DNA of 64,000 bases, from assembly GCA_963708045.1 (NCBI GenBank), contig OY970181.1, forward strand, positions 3,740 through 67,739. Direction: 5' to 3'. The translations under genes were made by a program, and so were the position numbers. This document shows, piece after piece, positions 1 to 9,225 of the stretch. The stretch is from an uncultured bacterium (GTDB lineage Bacteria > Patescibacteriota > Patescibacteriia > CAIQCM01). The number at the start of each line of letters is the position of its first letter. The stretch's first letter is position 1. The notes below the pieces were generated by a model. That model ran no database searches. It was not told the origin of the DNA and was given only the letters and a program-made list of their open reading frames with translations.

Positions 1-1
1 C

Positions 2-742
2 ATTAACCGCATTTGGGATCTCTTTGCGGTGAGAATTATCGCGAACAACGTCCCCGACTGTTACGCCGCTTTAGGCGTTATTCATTCGCTTTGGAAACCG
101 GTCAAAGGGCGGATTAAAGACTACATCGCTCAGCCAAAACCCAACGGTTATCGTTCAATTCATACAACCGTCTTTGCCGATGATGGAGAATTTGTTGAAT
201 TCCAAATTCGCACCAAAGAAATGCACGACGAGGCGCAATACGGAATCGCCGCCCACTGGCGCTATGACGAACTTAAAAATATCCAAGCGCCGCTTCCTAA
301 AAAACAAATCAACTGGGTGACCGAACTTGCCGCCATTCAAAAAGAAATGGAAGGCAACAAAGAATTTATGGCGACCATGGAACACCTAAAGATTGATGTT
401 TTCCACGACCGCATTTTTGTTTACACGCCACAAGGCGATGTGGTTGATTTGCCCGAAGAGGCAACGCCGATTGACTTTGCCTATGCCATTCATACCGACA
501 TTGGAAACACGGCAACGGCGGCGGCGATTAATGGAAAAAATGTCGCCTTAGATACACCACTCCAAAATGGCGATGTTGTAAAAATTGTTATTGATAAAAA
601 CCGCAAAGGCCCTTCCGCCGACTGGGCCAAATTTGTAAAAACCAGAATGGCTCGCGAACGAATTAAAGCCTACGCCCGTTCCCCGCTTCAAGACTTTATC
701 AAATCACTCGTGCCTAAGGGGAAGAAGAAAAAATTTAAATAA
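2..742 (+). CDS. relA: (p)ppGpp synthetase/hydrolase RelA/SpoT family, C-terminal part (5' end outside window)
   Basis: Translation contains the RelA_SpoT synthetase motif region (YRSIHTTV, HWRYDE) and a TGS-like segment (VYTPQGDVVDLPEEATPIDFAYAIHTDIG). The ORF is open to the window edge. Confidence 0.75.
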   Translation: MNRIWDLFAVRIIANNVPDCYAALGVIHSLWKPVKGRIKDYIAQPKPNGYRSIHTTVFADDGEFVEFQIRTKEMHDEAQYGIAAHWRYDELKNIQAPLPKKQINWVTELAAIQKEMEGNKEFMATMEHLKIDVFHDRIFVYTPQGDVVDLPEEATPIDFAYAIHTDIGNTATAAAINGKNVALDTPLQNGDVVKIVIDKNRKGPSADWAKFVKTRMARERIKAYARSPLQDFIKSLVPKGKKKKFK

Positions 743-842
743 CTTTTAACTGTTAACTGTTAACTTTTTTATTTAAAACATCCCTCAACTGCGGGATGTT
801 TTAAATAAAACCTAAAAGTTGAAAGTTAAAAGTTAAAAGTTT
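741..842. repeat. AACTTTTAACTGTTAAC-family short tandem repeats (inverted pair) flanking the relA/parB terminator
   Basis: T-rich arm at 741-767 and A-rich arm at 813-842. Other copies lie at 10325-10355, 13008-13040, 25201-25269, 40398-40427, 40527-40553 and 43453-43535. Confidence 0.8.
775..802. terminator. Bidirectional intrinsic terminator hairpin between convergent relA and parB
   Basis: AAAACATCCC-loop-GGGATGTTTT stem with an A-run on one side and a T-run on the other. It is flanked by AACTTTTAACTGTTAAC-type repeats. Confidence 0.6.
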
Positions 843-843
843 A

Positions 844-1740
844 CTAACCCCTAATCCCCAACTTAGCCACAAGCTCCCGATACTCTTCTTCGGAAAAATA
901 AGAAATTTTTATTGAACCATTTTTTCCAGCGCCGGAAATAGTAACCTTGGTGCCAAGCTTGCGTCGGAGCGCTTCGGCGTCGGCCGACGTTTGAGCATTC
1001 GGAAGCGCCGTGATTTCTTTGCGTTCGCGCGCCGCCTCTTCCGCCACGCGCACCGTAACTCCCCCGCCCAGCATCGTATTAAACATTTTTTTCTGTGCCG
1101 CAACGTCGGCAAGGCCGGCCAAAACTTTGGCTTGCGACGCGCTAATGATTCCAGAAATAATCGCCTGGCGAATTTCTTCGGGAAGCGAAAGCAAGCGCAT
1201 CATGTTAGCGATCGTTGAACGACTTTTACCTACGCGCCGACCAATATCTTCTTGGGTAAGATTAAATTCATGGGCCAGATCGGCGTACGCCGCGGCCTCT
1301 TCAAGCGCGTTTAGGTCGTGGCGATTAATGTTTTCAATGAGCGAAAGCAAAAGCTTTTCGCGGTCGTCTTTTGTTTCGCGAAGAATAACCGGAACCGTCG
1401 TCATTCCAAGCGCCTGCGACGCGCGCAAGCGGCGTTCGCCGGCAATAAGTTCATAGGTTCCGTCGGGTAGTTTATGCGCGACAAGCGGCTGAACAATTCC
1501 GTGTTCGCGAATAGAAGCAATGAGCGATTCCAATTCGGCATGATCAAAATTATGTCGCGGCTGGCGCGAATTAGGCTTGATTTTCCCAATCAAAATATTA
1601 TGAATCCGACCAAGCTCCGGCACGTCATTACTAACCGGCGCGGCAGAAATTTCTTTTTCTTTTGGAGAAAGCGCGGGAGGATGTTTTTGCGGAATGAGCG
1701 AAGAAAGTCCACGCCCCAGAGAAAAAGGTTTTGCTGGCAT
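844..1740 (-). CDS. parB: Chromosome partitioning protein ParB/Spo0J
   Basis: N-terminal LGRGLSSLI motif and ParB box (IVQPLVAHKLPDGTYELIAGERRLRAS). Followed by a C-terminal HTH and dimerisation region. Confidence 0.85.
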   Translation of the reverse strand: MPAKPFSLGRGLSSLIPQKHPPALSPKEKEISAAPVSNDVPELGRIHNILIGKIKPNSRQPRHNFDHAELESLIASIREHGIVQPLVAHKLPDGTYELIAGERRLRASQALGMTTVPVILRETKDDREKLLLSLIENINRHDLNALEEAAAYADLAHEFNLTQEDIGRRVGKSRSTIANMMRLLSLPEEIRQAIISGIISASQAKVLAGLADVAAQKKMFNTMLGGGVTVRVAEEAARERKEITALPNAQTSADAEALRRKLGTKVTISGAGKNGSIKISYFSEEEYRELVAKLGIRG

Positions 1741-1745
1741 ATTTT

Positions 1746-2516
1746 TTAAAGAGTGGTTAAGGCGTCTATTATTTCTCGCGTCAACCGGTCGTAAGCGGCG
1801 GCGGCTTTTGATCCCGGGTCGTATGACGAAATCGCTTGGCCAAAACTTGGCGCCTCGGCGAGCCGCACCGTTCGCGGAATCACTGAACGAAAAATTTTAT
1901 TAGGGAAATATTTATACAACTCTTCCAAAATTGATTGCGAGAGACGAACGCGGCTGTCAAACATCGTAATCGCCGCGCCGAGCACTTCTAATTTTGGATT
2001 AAGATTTTCTTTGACCAAAGCGATCGTTTCCAAAAGCTGGCCAAGACCTTCAAGCGCATAGTATTCGGCCTGAACCGGAATAAGGACGACGTCGGCGGCG
2101 GTAAACGCGTTTACCGTGATGAGCCCGAGAGACGGCGGACAGTCAAGAATAACAACGTCGTAGTCGTTTCGCACTTCCAAAAGCGCGTCAAAAAGACGGT
2201 GTTCGCGGCGATCAATTTCCACAAGTTCAACCTGCGCGCCGGCGAGTGCGCCGTGCGCTGGCGCAATTTTAAGTCCGGTATAAGCAGTTGGCTGGATAAC
2301 CGATCCCAAACTGGCGCGGCCGATAATCGCGTCGTAAATACTTGCTTCAAGTGACTTATGGTCAACGCCGAGTCCCGAAGTGGCGTTAGCTTGCGAGTCC
2401 AAATCGATTAAAAGCACGAATTTGCCAGCCGCGGCAAGCGAGGCAGCAACGTTAACAGCGGTCGTGGTCTTTCCCACTCCCCCTTTTTGATTAGCAACAG
2501 CAATGACAACGGCCAT
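1746..2516 (-). CDS. parA: Chromosome partitioning ATPase ParA/Soj
   Basis: Deviant Walker A KGGVGKTT at the N-terminus, ParA/MinD family length. Immediately upstream of parB. Confidence 0.85.
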   Translation of the reverse strand: MAVVIAVANQKGGVGKTTTAVNVAASLAAAGKFVLLIDLDSQANATSGLGVDHKSLEASIYDAIIGRASLGSVIQPTAYTGLKIAPAHGALAGAQVELVEIDRREHRLFDALLEVRNDYDVVILDCPPSLGLITVNAFTAADVVLIPVQAEYYALEGLGQLLETIALVKENLNPKLEVLGAAITMFDSRVRLSQSILEELYKYFPNKIFRSVIPRTVRLAEAPSFGQAISSYDPGSKAAAAYDRLTREIIDALTTL

Positions 2517-2547
2517 AGTTAATTTAGTTTATCAGCGAAAACCGCCT

Positions 2548-2576
2548 TTGACAAGGATAACAATTGCGAGTATATT
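2548..2576 (+). promoter_or_regulatory. Sigma-70-like promoter for the tRNA cluster (TTGACA-17-TATATT)
   Basis: Consensus -35 TTGACA (2548-2553), 17-nt spacer, -10 TATATT (2571-2576), lying upstream of tRNA-Leu. Confidence 0.5.
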
Positions 2577-2616
2577 ATCCTCTATGCCGATCGCGACCGG
2601 CATAGAGTTTTTTACG

Positions 2617-2699
2617 CCGCCGTGGCGGAATGGCATACGCGAAGGACTCAAAATCCTTTGATCGCAAGGTCGTGTGGGTTCAAGTCCCACCGGCGGCAA
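2617..2699 (+). tRNA. tRNA-Leu (anticodon CAA)
   Basis: GCCGCCG acceptor stem pairing with CGGCGGC. Anticodon loop CTCAAAA and a long variable arm typical of class II Leu tRNA. T-arm GGGTTCAAGTCCC. Confidence 0.75.
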
Positions 2700-2773
2700 T
2701 TTAGTAAATAGCACGTAGCAAATGGAGTGACCCATATGCCGCGAGCCACGAGCTACAAACCACGTGCAGTATA

Positions 2774-2844
2774 GCGGGGTGGAGAAGTGGCATCTCGCAA
2801 GGCCCATAACCTTGAGATCACCGGTTCAAATCCGGTCCCCGCAA
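2774..2844 (+). tRNA. tRNA with CAT anticodon (Met-type; elongator/initiator/Ile2 not resolved)
   Basis: Cloverleaf can be drawn with GCGGGG/CCCCGC acceptor, D-stem GAGA/TCTC, anticodon loop CCCATAA, and T-arm ACCGG-TTCAAAT-CCGGT. It is slightly short, so the boundaries are approximate. Confidence 0.5.
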
Positions 2845-2968
2845 GCTTGATAATGAATCAACATTCGTTATCAGACTTGCACAAGCTATAAAAAAATAAA
2901 CAACATACAATAAACGATCTGGTAAAAATTGTTCATTGTACGTTGTCCATTGTCCATAGATAAAAAAG

Positions 2969-3045
2969 GCCTGGGTAGCTCAGTCGGTTAGAGCGAAGGA
3001 CTCATAAGCCTTAGGTCGGCAGTTTAATTCTGCCCCCAGGCACCA
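2969..3045 (+). tRNA. tRNA with CAT anticodon (Met or lysidine-modified Ile2), CCA encoded
   Basis: GCCTGGG/CCCAGGC acceptor, U8, D-arm GCTC-AGTCGGTTA-GAGC, anticodon loop CTCATAA, T-arm GGCAG-TTTAATT-CTGCC. Discriminator A plus an encoded CCA. Confidence 0.75.
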
Positions 3046-3076
3046 AAAAATCTCCAAATATTTGGAGATTTTTTGT
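3046..3076. terminator. Intrinsic terminator after the tRNA cluster
   Basis: AAAAAATCTCCAAATA / TATTTGGAGATTTTTT perfect hairpin with flanking A and T runs. Confidence 0.7.
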
Positions 3077-3137
3077 TTGTCATCTTGTCTAATTTTCTCC
3101 TTGAATTTAACGCGTATTTTTGCTACATTTAAAAACT

Positions 3138-3617
3138 ATGTTTGTCACAACCCACGTTCTCATGGGCGGACTTATCGGAGAAAATGTGCCCACACCGCTT
3201 GTCGCGGCGGCGGTTGGTATTGCCTCTCATTTTATTTTAGACACCATCCCTCACGGCGATTCGTATCTTTATTATAATTATAAAGAAGGAAAAAATGTCA
3301 CCAAATCGCTTGTCTACACCGTTGTTGATGCCGTCCTCGCGGTTATTGTTCTAGTTTATATGCTTGAGATCGCACCTTACCCAAGCCGCGGCACGATGGT
3401 CGCGGCCGTGATCGGCGCGATCCTCCCCGATTTTTTGGTTGCGCTCGCCGAAATTTTTCCAATCAAGCCGCTTGCCTGGTTTGCCAAAACGCATATGCGC
3501 ATCCACGATGCCGTCTCTATTCGCATCGGGCATATTCGCCCGCGCTACGGCATGATCATTCAAGTTACTCTTTTTTGTTTTCTTTTTTTTCTCGCAACAA
3601 TCAAACCTTTAAAATAA
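3138..3617 (+). CDS. Polytopic membrane protein, possibly a membrane-bound metal-dependent hydrolase (YdjM/DUF457-like)
   Basis: Hydrophobic segments with His/Asp-rich loops (THVLMGG, ILDTIPHGD, RIHDAVSIRIGH). Start chosen at the first ATG, where the ORF track used TTG at 3120. Confidence 0.35.
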   Translation: MFVTTHVLMGGLIGENVPTPLVAAAVGIASHFILDTIPHGDSYLYYNYKEGKNVTKSLVYTVVDAVLAVIVLVYMLEIAPYPSRGTMVAAVIGAILPDFLVALAEIFPIKPLAWFAKTHMRIHDAVSIRIGHIRPRYGMIIQVTLFCFLFFLATIKPLK

Positions 3618-3618
3618 A

Positions 3619-4614
3619 CTATTTGCTCGCGGCACTAAGTTTGGCTGGCCAGCGATAATTTTCATAAGTCCAATAAGCAAGACTTTTTGCATCTTGAAAA
3701 CGCGCGTCGTCGTTAACGCTCCCAATCACGATGACGGCAATTGTACCGGCGCCATCTTTTGAAAAAGACACGGCAATATTGTGGCCGCTTTCGTCAATAA
3801 AACCGGTTTTTGCTCCCAAAATTTTATAGGGTTTTTTGTTAACAAAAGAACTTAATAATTTATCGGTCGTTAAAATTCTTACGGTTTTTCCAAAAATCTT
3901 TTTTAACTCATATGATGAAGAAAGCGTTGAGGCGACAATTTCCTTTTTTTGAATCGCGGCCTTAAGAAGTAAATAGACGTCGTGCGCTGTCGAAACATTG
4001 TCCGGACTTAAGCCGGTTGGTTCAACAAAGTGTGTGCTTGAAAGCCCAAGTCCCGCCGCCCTAGCGTTCATTTCGGAAACAAAGACGTTTTGCGAAAGAC
4101 CAACCGACGAAGCCAGTGCCACCGCGGCGGCGTTTGATGAACCAACAAGCATTGCTTGCCAAAGATCACGAACCGTCACGATGTCGCCAGGCGCAAAAAA
4201 CGGCAACCCTCCCCCGTCAACCGGCTTTTCCAAAGTAACTTTTTTATTCCAGTCAGGATGGTTTTCCAAAACCACGAGCGCCGTCATTAGTTTGGTAATT
4301 GAAGCGATCGGCGTTCGTTCGTTCGCATTCTCAGAATATAATTCTGTTCCCGTAAGAAGATCGCAAACAAAAATTTTATCGGCAGTCGTTTTCACGCCAA
4401 CGCTTTCGCGACCATTCGCGGCAATAATTTTCTTGGGCGCAACCGACGCCGCTTTGCGCAGAGCCGCGACGGTTAAACTGTTTGCGGGTACTGTCTTTAC
4501 AGGCACCGGCGCGGCATCAACAAAAGACGTCACCAACGCCGGCGCATCATAAACAACCGGCACTGCCGAAATAATTATAACCGCGACAATCGTGCCGAGC
4601 AGTCTCTTCTTCAT
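3619..4614 (-). CDS. D-alanyl-D-alanine carboxypeptidase (serine-type, peptidase S11 family)
   Basis: Signal/TM N-terminus and SxxK (ASITKLM), SxN (GSSNAAA) and KTG (GAKTGF) active-site motifs of PBP5-type carboxypeptidases. Confidence 0.75.
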   Translation of the reverse strand: MKKRLLGTIVAVIIISAVPVVYDAPALVTSFVDAAPVPVKTVPANSLTVAALRKAASVAPKKIIAANGRESVGVKTTADKIFVCDLLTGTELYSENANERTPIASITKLMTALVVLENHPDWNKKVTLEKPVDGGGLPFFAPGDIVTVRDLWQAMLVGSSNAAAVALASSVGLSQNVFVSEMNARAAGLGLSSTHFVEPTGLSPDNVSTAHDVYLLLKAAIQKKEIVASTLSSSYELKKIFGKTVRILTTDKLLSSFVNKKPYKILGAKTGFIDESGHNIAVSFSKDGAGTIAVIVIGSVNDDARFQDAKSLAYWTYENYRWPAKLSAASK

Positions 4615-5162
4615 TGCTTTTCTTCTTTTGACGCGAATTCTAAAATGTCTTCAATGCGCTTGTCCGAACGCAGGGCTTCGTAGTCAGGCAACTCAGCAAT
4701 ACTGCCAACGCCAAGAAAACGCATAAATTCCATTGACACGCGATAAATTGATAAACCGTTTTCTATTTCTTCATCAATAAGACCGCGCATCATCAAATTA
4801 CGCAAAATAATTGTACAGTTAACGCCCCTGATTTGTTCAAGCTCGGCTTTGCCAACGGGGCCGCGATACGCGATCACTGTGAGTGTTTCCAGCTGCGGAC
4901 GGGTCAGCTCGCTTGTTGTCTCGTCTTTGACGAATTTTTCCACAAGTTCGCCGGCTTCGGCGACCGAACCAAGGCGTAATTCGTCATCAACCCGAACCAG
5001 CACCAAACCGCTTCCAGACGCCTTAAGACGCTCGGCAAGATTGGCGGCCGCGAGCCGCACGTCTTCTTTGGTGGCTTCGGTTAGTTCGGATATTTTTTTT
5101 ATGTTAAGCGGCCGCGGCGAAACCGCGAGTAGCGCTTCTATTTTCGCTTCAAGATTAAGCAT
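4611..5162 (-). CDS. scpB: Segregation and condensation protein B (ScpB)
   Basis: Winged-helix ScpB-like sequence (TRPQLETLTVIAYRGPV..., SMEFMRFLG) and a 4-nt overlap with the downstream gene. Forms a pair with scpA. Confidence 0.8.
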   Translation of the reverse strand: MLNLEAKIEALLAVSPRPLNIKKISELTEATKEDVRLAAANLAERLKASGSGLVLVRVDDELRLGSVAEAGELVEKFVKDETTSELTRPQLETLTVIAYRGPVGKAELEQIRGVNCTIILRNLMMRGLIDEEIENGLSIYRVSMEFMRFLGVGSIAELPDYEALRSDKRIEDILEFASKEEKQ

Positions 5163-5832
5163 TTTGTGTTTCCGGCCGTTTTGGCGGCCGCGTTATGATT
5201 ATTTCTCCAAATTCTTCGCTTTGTTCAGCCGATAAATCGCGAGAACGAACCAGCTCTAGCAAGGCAAGAAAATTGACCACGATTTCGGTTCTATCGGTCG
5301 CGTCTGTCATTATATCGCGAAATCGCATTGTCTCAACCTTTTCCATTAGCGACCGAATATTCCCAATTTTTTCTTGGATGGAAATTTTCCGCTTAAGACG
5401 CTCTTCGGGGTATTTAATAACCGGCGTGAGACGCGTTAAAACATCAATAAACGAAGCGCGCAATTTTTCGGTAGTAACCGAGGGTGGCGGCGAAAAACGC
5501 GGCGTAAGAAGTTGCGGCAAACGATCGCGGAAAAAAATAAGTTTATTTTGCTTGAGTTTTTCCGCGAGCTTAAGCGATGCTTCATAAAAAATCTTGTACA
5601 TCTTAAGCTGAAACTCAAGCGACGGCCCGTCTTCTTCTGGAGTAGGAGCAACCGGCAGGAGCTCGCGCGATTTGATCAGCAAAAGCTTGGCGGCAACAAC
5701 TAAAAAATCAGCGAGATCGTCAGGATTTTTTTCTTCAACCAGCTTCAGACTTTCCATATAATCTTCGGCGATTTTGGAAAGTGAAATTTCGGAAATAGAA
5801 AGTTCCTTTTCTTCAATTAGCTGAAGAAGCAA
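5155..5832 (-). CDS. scpA: Segregation and condensation protein A (ScpA)
   Basis: Kleisin-like ScpA family length and sequence. Overlaps and lies upstream of scpB. Confidence 0.75.
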   Translation of the reverse strand: MLLQLIEEKELSISEISLSKIAEDYMESLKLVEEKNPDDLADFLVVAAKLLLIKSRELLPVAPTPEEDGPSLEFQLKMYKIFYEASLKLAEKLKQNKLIFFRDRLPQLLTPRFSPPPSVTTEKLRASFIDVLTRLTPVIKYPEERLKRKISIQEKIGNIRSLMEKVETMRFRDIMTDATDRTEIVVNFLALLELVRSRDLSAEQSEEFGEIIITRPPKRPETQNA

Positions 5833-5878
5833 ATCTAACGGCCCTTCAAATTTTTCCGTTTTAAAATTAATGGAAATA

Positions 5879-6478
5879 TTATTTTCTTTTCTTCGCCGAC
5901 TTTAGCGACTTCTTAAACGCCGCTTTGGTGGCAAATTTTTTCTTCGGTTTTTTCGTAACCTTTTTGGCTTTTTCCGCTTTCGGCATTTTTACCTTGCTTC
6001 CAAACTTGGCGACTTTGGCGTCTTCGGCCTTAACCAAATCTTTAATTTTTATTCGCAAAGAATCGGTCAGGCTTTCGGCGCGGACAAGTCCCTTCGTTAC
6101 GCGCGCAAGCGAATTATCAAGCAGCAGTCCGACGTCTTTATACATGGAAACAAATGGCGTGGCCGCACCCGGAAGCATTCCCGCTTTGACCATATCTTTT
6201 TCATTGGCCAATTCAACCTTAATGGCTTTCAAATGATTTTTAACAGCTTTAAGATCAATACGGTATGAAGCCGGTACGGCGACCACATAATATCGCGTTC
6301 CTTTTTTCTCAACCTTTGGCAACTCAACTTTAATGAGCAAGGTTTTGGCGATGCTTTCCAATTTTTCGCCAAGCGTCTGTGCCAAATCATAAGCCGTGTA
6401 AACAGTTTTATGCGGCACCTCTTCAAATTTAACATTAATCTTTTTTAGATGGGCGATTATTTTTTTTGGGATGGACAT
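5879..6478 (-). CDS. YbaK/ProX-like aminoacyl-tRNA deacylase domain protein with a C-terminal Lys/Ala-rich (histone H1-like) tail
   Basis: N-terminal ~150 aa resemble the YbaK/EbsC deacylase fold. C-terminal ~50 aa are KAKK/KKPKKK low-complexity. Confidence 0.5.
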   Translation of the reverse strand: MSIPKKIIAHLKKINVKFEEVPHKTVYTAYDLAQTLGEKLESIAKTLLIKVELPKVEKKGTRYYVVAVPASYRIDLKAVKNHLKAIKVELANEKDMVKAGMLPGAATPFVSMYKDVGLLLDNSLARVTKGLVRAESLTDSLRIKIKDLVKAEDAKVAKFGSKVKMPKAEKAKKVTKKPKKKFATKAAFKKSLKSAKKRK

Positions 6479-6525
6479 AAACGTAGGGGTCAGAGATTAG
6501 GGTTTAGGGTTTAGTGAAAAAATCA

Positions 6526-7908
6526 CTAGGCAATTTTTATATGCGCTTCGCGAAGCGCTTTGGCTGGAAGTTCGGACGGGGCGCCGGTCATTGGGTCGCG
6601 GGCGTCGCCAGTTTTTGGAAAGGCAATAATCTCACGAATGTTTGGTTCGTTAAGAAGCAGGGCGATAACCCGATCCAGCCCCCAAGCAATACCGCCATGC
6701 GGCGGCGCGCCAAAAGTAAACGCTTCCAGCATGTGCCCAAATTTTTCCTTAATCGCCTCTTCGGAGTGTCCCATGATTTCAAAAACCTTTTTAAGGGCTT
6801 CGGGCTGATGATTTCTAATACTGCCGCCGCCAATCTCGCTGCCATTTAAAATAATGTCGTACTGAGCAGCTTTAATTTCGGAGATATTTTCTTTGTTCAT
6901 TAACCGCTCGCGATCGTCGGGCATGGCCGCCGAAAAAGGATTATGAGTGAATGTCCAATTTCCGTCATCGGCTTTTTCAAACATCGGGAAATCAACAACC
7001 CATTCAAAGGCAAGCAAATTAGGATCATTCTTGTCTTCGCGAAGATCCGGCTTGTCAGAATTATATTTCGCCATGGCTTCGGCATAAGGAACGCGCGGAA
7101 ACGGAATTTGTTGAATGCGTTTTTCGGGAAACAGTTCTTTAACCAGCGCAATCAGCATCGCTTCGTTAAGCGCCATCACGTCTTCGCTTTCAACAAACGA
7201 CATTTCCATATCCAACTGCGTAAACTCCGGCTGACGATCACCGCGCTGGTCTTCGTCGCGATAACAACGAGCAACTTGAAAATATTTTTCCATCCCCGCC
7301 ACCATTAAGAGTTGTTTATGCTGCTGCGGCGATTGCGGCAAGGTATAAAATGTTCCCGGGTGAAGTCTGGACGGCACCATAAATTCACGCGATCCCTCCG
7401 GTGTCCCCTTTCCCAGAGACGGCGTTTCAATTTCCCAAAAACCTTCTTTGTTCAAATAATTTCTTGAGAAATTAATTATTTTGTGGCGCATCTCCATATT
7501 TTTCCGCAACCGTTCCGAACGCAAATCAAGATAACGGTATTTAAGACGCGTTTCTTCGTTAACTTCACGTGTATCGCTCGCAATAGAAAACGGCGGCGTT
7601 TGGCATTCGTTAAGAATTTCAATATTCAAAGCTTCCATCTCCACCGTGCCGGTCGGAATATTCGGATTAACCATTTTTTCTGGACGAGCCTTTACCAAGC
7701 CGTGAATGGAAACCACCCATTCGTCGCGTAAACGCGGCACAATGTCGGTAAACTTACCAGGCAGCACAACCACCTGAATAACCCCCGTCCGGTCGCGGAC
7801 GTCCAAAAACACGATTTTGCCCATATCGCGGCGCGTGTTGATCCAGCCTTTAACGGTTATTTCTTGACCGACCTCTTTAATTGAATCAATGATATTTGTT
7901 CTTTTCAT
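6526..7908 (-). CDS. aspS: Aspartate--tRNA ligase (short form without GAD insertion)
   Basis: Class II aaRS motifs: anticodon-binding OB fold N-terminus, QSPQ, and motif 2 ARCYRDEDQRGDRQPEFTQLDME characteristic of AspRS. 460 aa. Confidence 0.8.
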   Translation of the reverse strand: MKRTNIIDSIKEVGQEITVKGWINTRRDMGKIVFLDVRDRTGVIQVVVLPGKFTDIVPRLRDEWVVSIHGLVKARPEKMVNPNIPTGTVEMEALNIEILNECQTPPFSIASDTREVNEETRLKYRYLDLRSERLRKNMEMRHKIINFSRNYLNKEGFWEIETPSLGKGTPEGSREFMVPSRLHPGTFYTLPQSPQQHKQLLMVAGMEKYFQVARCYRDEDQRGDRQPEFTQLDMEMSFVESEDVMALNEAMLIALVKELFPEKRIQQIPFPRVPYAEAMAKYNSDKPDLREDKNDPNLLAFEWVVDFPMFEKADDGNWTFTHNPFSAAMPDDRERLMNKENISEIKAAQYDIILNGSEIGGGSIRNHQPEALKKVFEIMGHSEEAIKEKFGHMLEAFTFGAPPHGGIAWGLDRVIALLLNEPNIREIIAFPKTGDARDPMTGAPSELPAKALREAHIKIA

Positions 7909-7954
7909 AGGTGTAAATTGTATATAATTTAACGTATTAATTCAAGGAATAAAT

Positions 7955-7987
7955 CAGACCAAGGAGCGTTAAACGCTCCTTGGTCTG
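7955..7987. terminator. Hairpin terminator after the MFS transporter gene
   Basis: Perfect 14-bp stem CAGACCAAGGAGCG / CGCTCCTTGGTCTG with a 5-nt loop, just beyond the MFS stop. Confidence 0.6.
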
Positions 7988-7994
7988 AAACCCG

Positions 7995-9176
7995 CTAACC
8001 AGGCTTGCGATCTGGTCTTAAGAACCATAAACCAATCGCAGCAACAATAAGTCCGACGCCGCAAAAGCCAAAGACCGTAACAATAATCTCACCACCGACC
8101 GGCTTTCCTGCTACGCCCAACGCTGTCCCGACCAAAACAAACGCATAGCCAGCGCGGCCGATAAGTGATTGCAGCGATCCATAAGTGGCGCGAAAGTGTT
8201 CGCCGACATGTTGTTGAGTAAAGGTATCAACGAGCGGCGAAAAAAATCCGCGTCCCAATTCGTGCAAAACAATCAGCCCAAGCAATGGATAGACGGACTT
8301 GGTCACAAAAACAAAGCCAAGACCAACGCCGGAAATGAGAAACGACATAGCAATCATCCCTGCTTCGCGACCAACCGGTTTTTTACTTCGTCTTATGTAA
8401 AAACCAGCCAGAGCGGCAGCGCCATAAATCGGTATCCACGACCAAGCCACTCCTACGCTTCCAACCCTTTCTTTTAGAAGCGGTGTCCAGTACAGATTGA
8501 ACGGAATAACCAACCCCATGAGCATTGAAGCGGCTGATGCCCAAATTAGACTAGGCGATTTCTTTAACGCGCCAACACTTTCCTTAAGAGCGTGAAATTC
8601 GGAGACACGGTGTACTGGTTCGCCGCTGTCATTCATCACGAAAACCGCGGTAATAAGCGCCGCCGCCGCAAAAAGTGCGCCCATTGCCCAGCCAAGGCGC
8701 GGATAACTCGGGGCAAGAAAAATACCCGAGAAAAAACCACCCACAATCATCGCTAGCGACGAAGCAATTGACCCTGTGGCAAAAGCATGACGTAATTTTT
8801 CTTGCTCATTGCGGTGACGCAAAGCATCGGTAAGCCAAGCCTGGAGTGCGCCCGAAGTAAATGCATTACCGATCGCCACCAAACATTCAGCAATAACCGC
8901 CGTCCAAAAACCACGCACGCCAGCGTAAAATGCCGACCCAAAACAAAGTGCCAAAGCACCGCAACAAATAGAAAAGCGCCTGCTTCGCCCATCGGCAATC
9001 ATCCCCGTCGGAACTTCAAAGATAACGACACAGAACCAAAAGATAACATTTACCAAGGCAATGTCGGAAAGGGTAAGCCCGTTTGCAATGAGAAGCGGTA
9101 TGTAGATAACCACCGTCATACTTGTTGAGAGTCCGACGAGCAAGTTATAAAGAACGAAAACGCGTGTTGGATGCAT
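7995..9176 (-). CDS. MFS-family transporter
   Basis: About 12 predicted TM segments and the MFS motif region (GMIADGRSRRF). 393 aa. Confidence 0.7.
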   Translation of the reverse strand: MHPTRVFVLYNLLVGLSTSMTVVIYIPLLIANGLTLSDIALVNVIFWFCVVIFEVPTGMIADGRSRRFSICCGALALCFGSAFYAGVRGFWTAVIAECLVAIGNAFTSGALQAWLTDALRHRNEQEKLRHAFATGSIASSLAMIVGGFFSGIFLAPSYPRLGWAMGALFAAAALITAVFVMNDSGEPVHRVSEFHALKESVGALKKSPSLIWASAASMLMGLVIPFNLYWTPLLKERVGSVGVAWSWIPIYGAAALAGFYIRRSKKPVGREAGMIAMSFLISGVGLGFVFVTKSVYPLLGLIVLHELGRGFFSPLVDTFTQQHVGEHFRATYGSLQSLIGRAGYAFVLVGTALGVAGKPVGGEIIVTVFGFCGVGLIVAAIGLWFLRPDRKPG

Positions 9177-9199
9177 AGTAACCTCCGGTTAATAACAAA

Positions 9200-9225
9200 C
9201 CGACTCGGGAATATTCCCGAGTCGG
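9200..9225. promoter_or_regulatory. Perfect 26-bp palindrome (candidate operator) upstream of the MFS transporter gene
   Basis: CCGACTCGGGAATATTCCCGAGTCGG is fully self-complementary and sits 24-50 bp upstream of the MFS start codon. Confidence 0.4.

Noticed and set aside
1010-1456. Antisense ORFs inside parB, and similar ORFs inside parA, dacA-like, scpAB, aspS, secY, leuS, fusA, infB and elsewhere (e.g. 3998..4552, 4849..5235, 6943..7308, 12050..12517, 29171..29515, 46676..47212, 56519..57133)
   Set aside because: They lie opposite well-supported conserved genes. Their translations are Arg/Ser/Ala-rich, as is typical of antisense frames of GC-rich coding DNA, and have no motifs.
2532-2807. 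91-aa minus-strand ORF from the six-frame track
   Set aside because: It lies entirely across the tRNA-Leu/tRNA-CAT genes and their promoter, so it is a tRNA region and not coding.
3062-3277. 71-aa plus-strand ORF overlapping the tRNA terminator and the start of the membrane protein gene
   Set aside because: Low-complexity Cys/Leu-rich translation across a terminator hairpin. The downstream in-frame gene with a proper start explains the region.
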